From NCBI GenBank assembly GCA_963667845.2, contig CAXXVL010000001.1:512001-576000 (forward strand): a DNA stretch of 64,000 bases, read 5' to 3'. Source of the stretch: Smithellaceae bacterium. GTDB taxonomy: Bacteria; Desulfobacterota; Syntrophia; Syntrophales; Smithellaceae. The notes below the pieces were generated by a model. That model searched no databases. It was not told where the DNA came from and was given only the letters and a program-made list of their open reading frames with translations. Every line of letters starts with the position of its first letter. Within the stretch, counting starts at the first letter, position 1. The position numbers and the translations under genes were made by a program. This document shows, in pieces, positions 20,578 through 29,862 of the stretch.

Positions 20578-20735
20578 GATTGTCAATGATTGACACGTGA
20601 GCGTGGTGAGTAATCGTCATTCCGGTCTTGTGACCTCGTGTGACCTTCAGGTTATCAGGTTACGGAGGCCGGAACCCGGGATTTTTTGCTTTGAATGGTT
20701 AACTGGAAGCTGAAAACTTATATTTCAAGACCTGA
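20578..20735 (+). repeat. Composite repeat: motif C + palindromic insert + motif A
   Basis: GATTGTCAATGATTGAC..GTG.GCGTGGTGAGTAATCGTCA (also at 29700, 35538), then a hairpin insert, then CTTTGAATGGTTAACTGGAAGCTGAAAACTTATATTTCAAGACCTGA (also at 25591, 35574, 38716, inverted at 41661). Confidence 0.85.
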
Positions 20736-20882
20736 TCCGATTTATGCAATAGCCAATTTATTGGACGGAAGACAGCCGGAAGAGAGCACTTGATTTAAAT
20801 TTCAGGCGCATGTTATTGTACATTTCAAACCGTGCTTCGTGAAAGAGTTAAAGATCCTGTACGAACCTCAGGAGATTGGATC

Positions 20883-23225
20883 ATGTCGGACTCGCTCAGC
20901 ATCCTCATTTTGGAAGATAACCCGGCTGATGCCGAATTAATTCAATTTGAACTGCAGGAAGCAGGGATCATTTTTTCACCAACAGTCGTTGTGACTGAAG
21001 AAGATTATGTCCGCGAATTGCTGGAATCCTGTCCCGATCTGATTTTATCCGATTACGATCTACCCCATCAATACAATGGCGCTATGGCGCTTGCTGAGGC
21101 AAATAAGAGTTGCCCTGACACCCCTTTTATTCTCGTCACCGGAGCCGTCAGTGAAGACCGGGCTATCGAAATCCTTACCCAGGGGGCTAAGGATTATGTT
21201 CTGAAAACGCGGCTTCAGCAGCGGCTTGTACCGGCGGTCCAAAGAGCCCTTGCCGAGGCGGCAGAACACAGGGCGAGAAAGCAGGCGGAAGAGGAACTTC
21301 GTGAAGCGCACCGAACACTGGAAAAGCAGGTTGCGGAGCGAACCGAGGCATTGCAGCAAAGTGAAGAGCTCTACCATTCGTTATTTGAGAATATGCTGGA
21401 CGGGTTTGCTTATTGCAGGATGATTTATGATGGAGTGTATGCGCAAGACTTCGTATACCTTGATGTCAACAGATCGTTTACATTATTGACAGGATTGGAC
21501 AACGTTATCGGGAAAAGAGCATCTGAAGTCATCCCCGGCGTTCGGGAATCGGATGGCGAGTTGTTTGAAACTTACAGCAGGGTAGCTCTGACCGGCAAAT
21601 CCGAGAAATTTGAAGTGTACGTTAAAGCCCTGCAGATGTGGTTTTCAGTTTCGGTATACAGCCCCCAAAAAGAATATTTTGTGGCCGTATTTGACGTCGT
21701 CACCGAACGCAAACGGGTCGAGGAGGCTTTGCGGGACAGTGAGGAGCGTTACCGATTGCTTGCGGAAACGCTGCTGCAGGGTGTGGTGCATCAGAATGCG
21801 AGTGGCAAAATCATTGCCATGAATCCGGCAGCACAACGTATTCTGGGCAAAAATGTCGAAGAGTTTCTGGGCAGCAGTTCGGTTCAGGAAGAACATGACA
21901 CCATCCGCGAGAACGGGGAACGTTTTCCCGGTCTCGAACATCCGTCCATGGTTGCGTTGCGGACCGGACTTCCCATACACGGCGTGATCATGGGTGTATT
22001 CAACCCGAAGCTCGGTGATTACCGCTGGATCAGCATCGACGCCGTGCCTGTAGTTCGTAGAGGCGAGACACAGCCATCTGAAGTCTACACGGTTTTCGAG
22101 GACATCACCGAGCGGAAGCGGACAGAGGAGGAGCTGCGAAGGAGCGAGCACCTGTACCGCGCCATTGGTGAAACGATTGATTATGGCATCTGGGTGACTG
22201 ATCCGAACGGCCGCAACATGTATGCGAGCAAGTCTTTGCTCGATCTTGTTGGTTTGACCCAGGAGCAGTGCTCGAATTTCGGATGGATGAAAGTGCTTCA
22301 TCCGGATGATATCGAGCGAACCATAAAGGCATGGCAAAAATGCGCCCGAACCGGTAGTAATTGGAACATCGAACACCGCTTCCGTGGCTTGGATGGGCAG
22401 TGGTACTCTGTATTGGCTCGCGGCGTTCCCGTACGCAACGAAAAAGGCGAGGTCATCTTCTGGGCGGGAATCAATCTGGACATCAGCGATCTTAAGAAAG
22501 CAGAAGCGGTCTTGAAGGAGCGGACACGGCAGCTTGAAGAGGCCAACCGGGAATTGGAAAGCTTCAGCTACTCCGTCTCTCACGATCTTCGGGCGCCGCT
22601 GCGCGCTATTGACGGTTTCTCCCGGAAGCTCGAGCGCGAATATGGGGACAAGGCTGATGAGAAGTTCGTAAGAATGATCAACGTCATTCGCAGCAATACC
22701 AAGCTTATGGACGCTCTGATTGAAGATCTTCTTTCTTTTTCCAAGGTGCAAAATACCGGTATGAACACTGCCGCGATTAACATGGCACAACTGGTCAACG
22801 AAGTATGGGATGACATCCTTGCGGCTAATAAAAAACGCGAATTGGAATTCAGGACACTCATGATACTGCCCGGATATGGAGACCGGACTCTCATCAGACA
22901 GGTGCTTTTCAATCTTCTCTCCAATGCGGTTAAATTTACAAGGGATAGAAAACCTGGCATCATTGAAATAAGCAGCCATATCGAGTCTGATAAAATTGTC
23001 TATTGCGTCAAGGATAACGGTGCGGGTTTTGACATGGAATATTATGACAAGCTCTTCGGCGTCTTCCAGCGCCTGCATAGTCATGACGAGTACGAGGGAA
23101 CAGGCATAGGGCTCGCTATTGTCCAGAGGATCATCAAACGTCATGGCGGTCATGTTTGGGCGGAAGGAAAAGTGGACGGGGGAGCAACTTTTTGTTTTTC
23201 TCTGCCTTCAAAACAAACATCATAA
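20883..23225 (+). CDS. Hybrid sensor histidine kinase (REC-PAS-PAS-PAS-HisKA-HATPase)
   Basis: ILILED...DLILSD receiver; FSYSVSHDLRAPL H-box; NLLSNAVKF, DNGAGF, GTGIGL. Confidence 0.92.
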   Translation: MSDSLSILILEDNPADAELIQFELQEAGIIFSPTVVVTEEDYVRELLESCPDLILSDYDLPHQYNGAMALAEANKSCPDTPFILVTGAVSEDRAIEILTQGAKDYVLKTRLQQRLVPAVQRALAEAAEHRARKQAEEELREAHRTLEKQVAERTEALQQSEELYHSLFENMLDGFAYCRMIYDGVYAQDFVYLDVNRSFTLLTGLDNVIGKRASEVIPGVRESDGELFETYSRVALTGKSEKFEVYVKALQMWFSVSVYSPQKEYFVAVFDVVTERKRVEEALRDSEERYRLLAETLLQGVVHQNASGKIIAMNPAAQRILGKNVEEFLGSSSVQEEHDTIRENGERFPGLEHPSMVALRTGLPIHGVIMGVFNPKLGDYRWISIDAVPVVRRGETQPSEVYTVFEDITERKRTEEELRRSEHLYRAIGETIDYGIWVTDPNGRNMYASKSLLDLVGLTQEQCSNFGWMKVLHPDDIERTIKAWQKCARTGSNWNIEHRFRGLDGQWYSVLARGVPVRNEKGEVIFWAGINLDISDLKKAEAVLKERTRQLEEANRELESFSYSVSHDLRAPLRAIDGFSRKLEREYGDKADEKFVRMINVIRSNTKLMDALIEDLLSFSKVQNTGMNTAAINMAQLVNEVWDDILAANKKRELEFRTLMILPGYGDRTLIRQVLFNLLSNAVKFTRDRKPGIIEISSHIESDKIVYCVKDNGAGFDMEYYDKLFGVFQRLHSHDEYEGTGIGLAIVQRIIKRHGGHVWAEGKVDGGATFCFSLPSKQTS

Positions 23226-23333
23226 GCGGCTTGTTCGCGACAATATCAGCCTCCTTCGTATGAGGATAGACAAGCGCCCGGGATACAGGGACATCCTAAT
23301 AATGTTCTCGTGTTTCCTCTATTCTTTAACAAA

Positions 23334-23473
23334 TAGGGAAAACTGAAGATTGGCTTTTGACGAAATAACCTGGAATTTTAAGAGTGGCCTCAACTCGCCT
23401 GGTAAACTTAATTTCCTAAGGGTGTCCCGCACGGTGCCTGAGGGGGTTCAGGACATTCTTGACTTATTAGCTT
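23334..23473. repeat. Repeat junction: 70-bp repeat copy 2 + back-to-back G/C-tailed end motifs
   Basis: ACTTAATTTCCTAAGGGTGTCCC (23406-23428) followed by GGACATTCTTGACTTATTAGCTT (23451-23473). Confidence 0.65.
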
Positions 23474-23556
23474 GACATACAAGACCTGTTGTTCCTAAGC
23501 GTCTGTCACGAAAGAAAAGCATCAGTAATCAATAATGATCGCACGCAAGGAGAAAA

Positions 23557-24945
23557 ATGATGTCAGTGTCTGCAAGAAAAGAAAGCATATTGGTAATAGT
23601 CGCGAAAATGTCGGCAACGGCGGCAAGTGTTCTTGTCCTGGTAATCAGCCTGCTGTCTTGCAGCGGTGACAACACTCCGATTCCACGCTTTGCTGTCGGC
23701 GGCACAGTCAGCGGTCTGGCCGGCACCGGGCTGGTGCTGCAGAACAATGCCGGAGATAACCTGATGATTTCCGCCGACGGCACGTTTACCTTTGCCACGC
23801 AGATGGCCAGTGGCGCCGGTTACGCCGTCACGGTTATGACCCAGCCCCGCGTCTTGTACCAGATTTGCACGGTTACCAACGGCACTGGCACGGTTGCCGG
23901 CGCGCCTGTGACAAACGTGGCTGTAACCTGTGTAACGCCGCCGCCTCGCTTTGCCTACACGGCGAATCCCAGCACCAATAATATTTCCGCCTTCACCATC
24001 GAAGCCGCCACAGGTGCCCTGACACTCATGGCCGGTTCTCCATTCGCGGCGGGGTCATATCCGCAGTCCATTTCCGTAGATCCGGCGGGCAAATTTGCCT
24101 ACGTGGCAAATTACCTTACCAGCAATGTTTCAGCCTATGCGATCAATGTCACCACAGGCGCCCTGTCGCCGGTTGCCGGATCACCATTTGCGACAGGGGA
24201 ATATCCCTGGTCCATTGCCGTGGACCCGACAAGCAAATTCATCTACGTGTCAAGTTCCCTGCTTGTCTCGGGATACGCCGTTAATGCAACAACGGGCGCC
24301 CTGACGCCGGTGCCGGGTTCTCCGTATACCACCGGCGGCAACGCCTGGTCGGTCGCCGTCGACCCCTCGGGCAAGTTCGTCTGCGTTGCCAACGGGGCAA
24401 CCTGGACGGTTTCGGTTTATGCCATCAATGCCGCAACAGGCGCCTTGACATCAGTTGCCGGATCGCCGTTTGCAGTCGGGGCTTCTCCATACGCCGTTGC
24501 AATAGATCCGACAGGCCGGTTTGTCTATACAGTAAATTCCATTGCCAACAATATCACGGCCTTCTCTATCGATGCCGCCACGGGCGCCCTGACACAGGTT
24601 GCCGGATCGCCGTTTGCGACAGGGAATACCCCTCATTCGATCGCTGTGGACCCGACAGGCAAGTTTGTCTATGCGGCGAATGTTAACTCCAGCAATATCT
24701 CGGCTTACGCGATCAACAACGTTACGGGTGCCCTGACAGTGGTTGCCGGATCGCCGTTTGCGGATGGGTATCAACCCTGGTTCGTCGTCGTGGACCCCAC
24801 AGGAAAATTTGCCTACACGGCGAATCTGAACGCAAGCAATGTCTCGGCCAATACGATCAATGCTGCCACGGGTGTCCTGACAACGGTGACAGGATCGCCG
24901 TTTGCGGCCGGGGCTCAGCCCAATTCCATGATCGTTACCAGGTAA
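23557..24945 (+). CDS. Beta-propeller lipoprotein (lactonase/YVTN-like repeats) with N-terminal beta domain
   Basis: LLSC lipobox; about 7 repeats of (TGALT.VAGSPFA.G..P.SIAVDPTGKF.Y.AN); start uncertain. Confidence 0.85.
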   Translation: MMSVSARKESILVIVAKMSATAASVLVLVISLLSCSGDNTPIPRFAVGGTVSGLAGTGLVLQNNAGDNLMISADGTFTFATQMASGAGYAVTVMTQPRVLYQICTVTNGTGTVAGAPVTNVAVTCVTPPPRFAYTANPSTNNISAFTIEAATGALTLMAGSPFAAGSYPQSISVDPAGKFAYVANYLTSNVSAYAINVTTGALSPVAGSPFATGEYPWSIAVDPTSKFIYVSSSLLVSGYAVNATTGALTPVPGSPYTTGGNAWSVAVDPSGKFVCVANGATWTVSVYAINAATGALTSVAGSPFAVGASPYAVAIDPTGRFVYTVNSIANNITAFSIDAATGALTQVAGSPFATGNTPHSIAVDPTGKFVYAANVNSSNISAYAINNVTGALTVVAGSPFADGYQPWFVVVDPTGKFAYTANLNASNVSANTINAATGVLTTVTGSPFAAGAQPNSMIVTR

Positions 24946-24980
24946 GCCTCGCTTGTATTTGCAGTCGTGAGCTGAAGTGA

Positions 24981-25121
24981 ATGGCAATGCAACGCTTTTG
25001 TTATCGGGCATCCCGCGAGTTGGGAATTTCCCTTGCCGAATTAGCAAGGCATTTAGGGATGACTGCCCGGGCTGTAAGTTATGCGGTTGAAAGGGGCGAC
25101 GCGACCGCTCGGGAAAATGGC
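24981..25121 (+). pseudogene. C-terminal HTH remnant of a RAYT-like (IS200/HUH superfamily) transposase
   Basis: FCYRASRELGISLAELARHLGMTARAVSYAVERGDATARENG resembles, from memory, the C-terminal HTH tail (CYWAVRELG...ELARRL...AVS..V.RGE.IA.E) of deltaproteobacterial RAYT-like proteins. No HUH domain is present. Confidence 0.6.
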
Positions 25122-25154
25122 TGCGGAGGCCGGAATCCAGGATTTAGAGCGGTG

Positions 25155-25586
25155 GCAGTTGCAGCGGGGCGAGCCGTCGCTCAATGTCCTCGCCTGTGAC
25201 GCTAATTCCATTCCATATCAAGCGCTGCCTTTGTTGTCTGTGTCGCGAGCCCCCAGACGTGGGGGTCGGCTTCCTCAGCGTATTACCAATACGCCTCCGG
25301 GGCCTCCTCCTGGCCGCCGCGGCATCATCCTGATCTGGAATGGAATACGGCTCATTCCGCTACAGCCAAAAACTCGCCCTTTGGGCTCAAACAGTTTGGC
25401 TGTCTTATGTTACATTCGTGAAACTCCAATTCCAAATATAACCTGAAAGTCACACGTTGGAATTGGTAAGTTGAACAATCCCGCACAGCGGAGGCAATGA
25501 AAAATACCATTTTTCGTTGCCGTGGTTCGCTAAGCGCCACAACATTTCAGGCATGATTCGCTAAAGTCACACCGCGCTGCAACTGC
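25155..25586. mobile_element. Non-autonomous MITE-like element (family B), full copy
   Basis: Imperfect terminal inverted repeats GCAGTTGCAGCGGGG / CCGCGCTGCAACTGC; internal sequence shared with 35692-35991. Confidence 0.75.
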
Positions 25587-25590
25587 ATGT

Positions 25591-25644
25591 TTTTTGCTTT
25601 GAATGGTTAATTGGAACCTGAAAACTTATATGTCACGACCTGAC
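25591..25644 (+). repeat. Motif A copy
   Basis: TTTTTGCTTTGAATGGTTAATTGGAACCTGAAAACTTATATGTCACGACCTGAC; ends 1 nt before the MFS stop codon. Confidence 0.85.
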
Positions 25645-25645
25645 T

Positions 25646-26953
25646 CTATTTATGTGTCTGCCCTGCGTGAGGGATTTTCAAAAACAAGATCAAAGCGTAG
25701 GCAATGAGCATGGAGATGACAAATACCGTGAACACGTTCTGGTAGGCTGCCAGAGGGTAGGCCGAACCTTTCCGGCCGACCGCATCCATCAGATAACCCG
25801 TAAATGGTTGAAAAAGAGCTGCCGCCAGAAAACCGGCCGGATTCATGAAGCCGACAGCGGTGCCCGTGAGCCTGGGCGGAAAAAATTCCTTGAGGATGGT
25901 CATATACAGAGAAAGCGACCCCCCGCCGAAGACGCCCATCAGAAAAAACAACGGAATGACGAATGCGCTGTTGACTTTTCCGCCCGAAAGAAAAAGCAAA
26001 CACCAGAAAGATACGGAGGGAAGCAGTGTCAGCAGGAGCATCTTCTTGCGCCCGATACGCAGCCGATCGGCCAAAATACCGATTATAGGTGACCCGACGA
26101 TGAATCCAAGCGGCAGGGCCATTAATGCCCCACCGGCCTGAAGCCGCGTGTAACCGTATACGTCTATCAAGTAGGGGACCGACCATAGCCCTTGAAAGCT
26201 GAGGCCCGGCCCGCTCGTGAAAAAATAGGACAGGGTGATCATCCAGAAGCCGGAACTCTTGAAAATAATCCCGAAGCCCTTCCCGGCAGACGGGTCGGCA
26301 GGCAGGGCCGCGGCAACCGGTGCGGGTTCCAGAGGGTGTTTGACGATGGGCGGCCAGCCTTTGTCTTCCGGTCTGTCACGAAGGATCACCCAGGCCAGGA
26401 CCGCAAGAGGAAGGGCAACGGCCGCCATGGCGATGAAAGAAAAGCGCCAGCCGAGAAGCATGACCAGGTAGGTCAGGGGCAGCGAGCCCGATAGATTCCC
26501 GAGGTTTCCCAGGGCCAGGAAGATGCCGGTCACCGTGGCGAATTCGGTCGGTTTGTACCAGCCGGAGAAAATCTTGAGTCCCGGAACGAAAATACCGCCT
26601 ACGCCGATGCCGACCAGGCCCCGGCCGACCCCGGCCATGAACATATTGGGAGCAAGGGCGAAAACCAAGCTGCCCGCGCAGGCGATGAGGGTGAAGATCG
26701 TCGCCACTTTGCGGGGACCAATCCTATCCGACAGGATGCCGACGGGGGGCTGGACGGCGGCATAGAGATAGAAATAGGTCGAGGCCATCAGACCCAGGCT
26801 CGTCGCATCGGCCCCGAATTCGATAACCAAATCCTTGGCGATGATCGTGGGGGAGATCCGGTGAAGGCAGGCCATGAAATAGATCAGCCCCAGGATGCCC
26901 AGCATCAGCCACCGATAACGAAACGGATCCTTATAGAAAGCCATCATGCGCAT
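25646..26953 (-). CDS. MFS transporter (sugar-phosphate permease-like)
   Basis: GILSDRIGPRK motif A and about 12 TM segments. Confidence 0.9.
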   Translation of the reverse strand: MRMMAFYKDPFRYRWLMLGILGLIYFMACLHRISPTIIAKDLVIEFGADATSLGLMASTYFYLYAAVQPPVGILSDRIGPRKVATIFTLIACAGSLVFALAPNMFMAGVGRGLVGIGVGGIFVPGLKIFSGWYKPTEFATVTGIFLALGNLGNLSGSLPLTYLVMLLGWRFSFIAMAAVALPLAVLAWVILRDRPEDKGWPPIVKHPLEPAPVAAALPADPSAGKGFGIIFKSSGFWMITLSYFFTSGPGLSFQGLWSVPYLIDVYGYTRLQAGGALMALPLGFIVGSPIIGILADRLRIGRKKMLLLTLLPSVSFWCLLFLSGGKVNSAFVIPLFFLMGVFGGGSLSLYMTILKEFFPPRLTGTAVGFMNPAGFLAAALFQPFTGYLMDAVGRKGSAYPLAAYQNVFTVFVISMLIAYALILFLKIPHAGQTHK

Positions 26954-27069
26954 CCTGATTAAACCGGATGAACTCGCAGGGAGTTCAAATCAGTTCTTCT
27001 TTGCCGAGTAATATGGTGCGGATAATCGACGACAACGATTCGTGATATTCTGACCATGAAAGGTTTTTA

Positions 27070-27153
27070 AGACTTTCTCCCGTACCGGTCAAGAGATTTA
27101 AGTATTAGGTTTCCTGTGAAGGCAAGGGGGGGATGCAGTTAACTTATTAACTT
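27070..27153. repeat. Repeat CTTTCTCCC.TACCGGTCAAGA (also at 29642) + inverted motif D
   Basis: GGGATGCAGTTAACTTATTAACTT (27130-27153) is the reverse complement of an AAGTT(A/G)ATAAGTT.AC.GCATCCC motif seen at 28054, 29766 and 38822. Confidence 0.65.
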
Positions 27154-27294
27154 CGGATCAATTTAAACGCATTGTCTGCGGCAATCTGCTTGCCGGGTAA
27201 CGGATTTACCGCTTGCCGGAGGGATATTCCCCTTTAAGGAATGGTTTTTGAATTCACGGCAACCGATTGTCCCAGCCGCTCTCTTAAGCTCGTT

Positions 27295-27759
27295 TTACAG
27301 TTTTTCCCATGTGAACTTCAGATCCCAGTAGGAAGCAGCCTTGCCCTGATTTTTGAAGGAAAGCACTTTGATCAGATAAAGACTCTCATCCTGTGCTGCC
27401 CGGATAACATAATAGCCTTCTGACGGCGCATTGGCATAAGTTTTCCAGGCTTTTACACTCTGGGCGGCCAGGTCAACTGCCGCAGGCTTCTTTGCACCGA
27501 ATTCCTTGATCCGTTTCGCACCCAGTGCACCGAGAGCAAAGGAGAGGGCGCCGCTCCTACCCCGGTTGACGTAGAAAGAAAGATCGCAAGCAGGATCGTC
27601 GCTCTTGATGACCGCTTTGCGCTGAAAATTATAGCCTTCATAAACCTTGAGGGTCACGGTTTCCGAGGCGGCTACAGGTGAATCGGCCATCATCAGAACA
27701 GCCGCGAGGATAAAGAAACATCCTATAAAAATCCCAATTTTTTCGTATCTTGCTGCCAT
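27295..27759 (-). CDS. Hypothetical secreted protein
   Basis: 154-aa ORF with N-terminal signal peptide (…SPVAA-SE). Confidence 0.7.
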   Translation of the reverse strand: MAARYEKIGIFIGCFFILAAVLMMADSPVAASETVTLKVYEGYNFQRKAVIKSDDPACDLSFYVNRGRSGALSFALGALGAKRIKEFGAKKPAAVDLAAQSVKAWKTYANAPSEGYYVIRAAQDESLYLIKVLSFKNQGKAASYWDLKFTWEKL

Positions 27760-27988
27760 GAGTTCGTCCCTGCGTCCTGATATTTTATACCGGCGATCAG
27801 TTCCGGTGTGAAGGCCTGCCCGGAATCGACGGCGACGCGATCTATAGGAAAAAGATTCAGACTTGTCAATGTCTAACTATGAGACGCCATTAACTCATGC
27901 CTTCGATAACGCTGCGGCAGCGGATTTGCGATCGCCGAAAAGAAAATGCGCGCCCCGCGAACCTGAAATCGTGTAAGGCATCAGCGTC

Positions 27989-28017
27989 GCCGATGCCTGA
28001 TCCCCCCAGGCATCGGC
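27989..28017. other. Perfect 11-bp hairpin
   Basis: GCCGATGCCTG-N7-CAGGCATCGGC in the spacer between divergent genes. Confidence 0.6.
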
Positions 28018-28090
28018 TTCCATAATTGATTTCCGGCCCCGATCAGGGGGAATAAGTTGATAAGTTTACGGCATCCCGCCTATATGACCC

Positions 28091-28119
28091 TTGACAGAAA
28101 AGGCCGCCTTTACTATGCT
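28091..28119 (+). promoter_or_regulatory. Putative sigma70 promoter
   Basis: TTGACA-17 nt-TATGCT, about 75 nt upstream of the SH3 gene. Confidence 0.55.
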
Positions 28120-28194
28120 GTGTGTAGACGGGAAAGTTGATTGTCCACCCAAAATGTTCTGTGGTTAAACTCAAGCAGTAAATTCGAGGAGAAA

Positions 28195-28686
28195 ATGAAA
28201 CCAATCAGAATCGCTCTCTTCTTTGTTATTCTTTTCGGTTTGAGCAGCCCTTTATTTTCCGCCGGCGATGTATTTCTGACTCTTCAGATCAAACAGGGAC
28301 AACTCCGTTCCACGCCGTCATTCCTGGGACGCGTCACGTCAACGCTGACTTACGGGAGCAAAGTCAAAGTGATCGAAGATAAAGGGGCGTGGAAAAAAGT
28401 GAGCATCCGCAGCACTTCGGGATGGATACATGAATCCGCTTTAACCACAAAAACCATTGTGATGCGGTCGGGAAAAGCAAATGTCGCGGCAGAAGCCTCT
28501 CAGGGTGAGCTCGCCCTGGCCGGCAAAGGATTCAATTCCAAAGTCGAAGCTGAATTTAAAAGCAAGAACAACAGCGCTTATTATGCATGGGTGGACAAAA
28601 TGGAAGCTCAGCCCGTTAAGCCAAGCCAGATGCAAAATTTTCTTAAGCAAGGTCAGGTTACAGTACCGCAGGAGACTGTTCCATGA
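28195..28686 (+). CDS. Secreted SH3-domain protein
   Basis: Signal peptide; LRSTPSFLG...LTYGSKVKV...WKKV...GWIHESAL; RBS GAGGAG. Confidence 0.8.
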   Translation: MKPIRIALFFVILFGLSSPLFSAGDVFLTLQIKQGQLRSTPSFLGRVTSTLTYGSKVKVIEDKGAWKKVSIRSTSGWIHESALTTKTIVMRSGKANVAAEASQGELALAGKGFNSKVEAEFKSKNNSAYYAWVDKMEAQPVKPSQMQNFLKQGQVTVPQETVP

Positions 28687-29639
28687 AAAGGATTCTCCTT
28701 TTCTTATATTTATTGTTGCCGTTCTTAATCATTTTAGCCGGATGTCAGTCGATGACAGTCGACAAAAAAACCTTGGGCGACACGACAACAAAGATCGGCG
28801 AGCTTGGACAGTCCGGAGCGCAAACAGTTAAAGAGGCGGGTAAAGAGAAGGGACGCACAACCAAGGAGTCGTTCAACAAAACAAAAGGCGCCGTTGCAAA
28901 AAGCTTTCAAGATTTCACTCCTGAGCAGGAATACTACATCGGCCGATCCGTCGCTGCAGTCATTCTCTCCAAGTATCCGCCATACTGGAACCCCAGAACC
29001 AATGATTATCTCAACCGCCTGGGGCAGACGCTGGCACAGGTCTCCGACATGCCGGAAATATTCCGTGGTTATCGTTTTCTCACACTGAATTCGGACGAAA
29101 TCAATGCCTTTGCCACGCCGGGCGGACACATCTTCATCACCAGAGGCCTTTTGCGCTGTTGTCTGAATGAGGACGCCGTCGCGGCCATTCTCGCCCATGA
29201 AATCGCGCACATTCAACTCAAACATGGCATCCAGGCCATCAAGAAGTCGCGGATCACGGACGCCGTTTCCATCATGGCGACTGAAAGCGTCAAGGTGCTT
29301 TCGCCGGTCGAAGCAAGCAAACTGACCGAGACTTTCGGCGGCGTTGTTTCGGATATTTCCAATACCATCAATAACGGCTACTCCCGCTCTTTTGAGCACG
29401 AGGCCGATGTCGCCGCTCGGAAAATTCTCCAACGCCTGGGATATGATCCCAACGGATTGGTGGAAGTTCTCCAGGTGATGGAAAAAACCCTGAAGCCCGG
29501 GGAGGACGGTTTTGCGAAAACCCATCCTGCCCCCAGAGACCGTATCGACAAGCTCCTGGGAAAAAACAACAATTATTCTCCGGTGCAGAAACCGGAAAAA
29601 CGGCAGGCCAGATTTCTGAATACCTTAGCTGACATCTGA
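28683..29639 (+). CDS. M48 family metalloprotease lipoprotein
   Basis: LAGC lipobox; INAFATPGG, LAHEIAH, YSRSFEHEAD, THP; ATGA overlap with the SH3 gene. Confidence 0.9.
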   Translation: MKRILLFLYLLLPFLIILAGCQSMTVDKKTLGDTTTKIGELGQSGAQTVKEAGKEKGRTTKESFNKTKGAVAKSFQDFTPEQEYYIGRSVAAVILSKYPPYWNPRTNDYLNRLGQTLAQVSDMPEIFRGYRFLTLNSDEINAFATPGGHIFITRGLLRCCLNEDAVAAILAHEIAHIQLKHGIQAIKKSRITDAVSIMATESVKVLSPVEASKLTETFGGVVSDISNTINNGYSRSFEHEADVAARKILQRLGYDPNGLVEVLQVMEKTLKPGEDGFAKTHPAPRDRIDKLLGKNNNYSPVQKPEKRQARFLNTLADI

Positions 29640-29641
29640 CG

Positions 29642-29861
29642 CTTTCTCCCTTACCGGTCAAGAAAATTAAGCGTTATATCCCCCGAATTCCCAAATGCCG
29701 ATTGTCAATGATTGACGTGTGTGCGTGGTGCAATGCGCTGAGTTAATAGGTTTCAACCTGGCACAAAGTTGATAAGTTAACGGCGGACCTTTGGTGTCCC
29801 CCGCTGGCGGGGGTGGCGTGGCGCGCCGGGGGTGGCGGTGGCAGTTGCAGCGGGGCGCGCC
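29642..29861. repeat. Repeat cluster: 27070-type repeat, motif C, motif D, GC palindrome, MITE-B left end
   Basis: Motif C 29700-29730; motif D 29766-29789; TCCCCCGCTGGCGGGGG palindrome; GCGGTGGCAGTTGCAGCGGGGCG identical to 25149-25171. Confidence 0.75.
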
Positions 29862-29862
29862 T

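Noticed and set aside
21645..23153. Long antisense ORFs (502 aa here; also 8134-9306, 46215-47285, 1628-2497)
   Set aside because: They are shadows of well-supported genes on the opposite strand and show no recognisable motifs.
25081..25446. Similar ORFs at 25081-25446 and 35627-36010 (shared NSIPYQALPLLS)
   Set aside because: They are translations of the MITE; frames, starts and stops are not conserved between copies.
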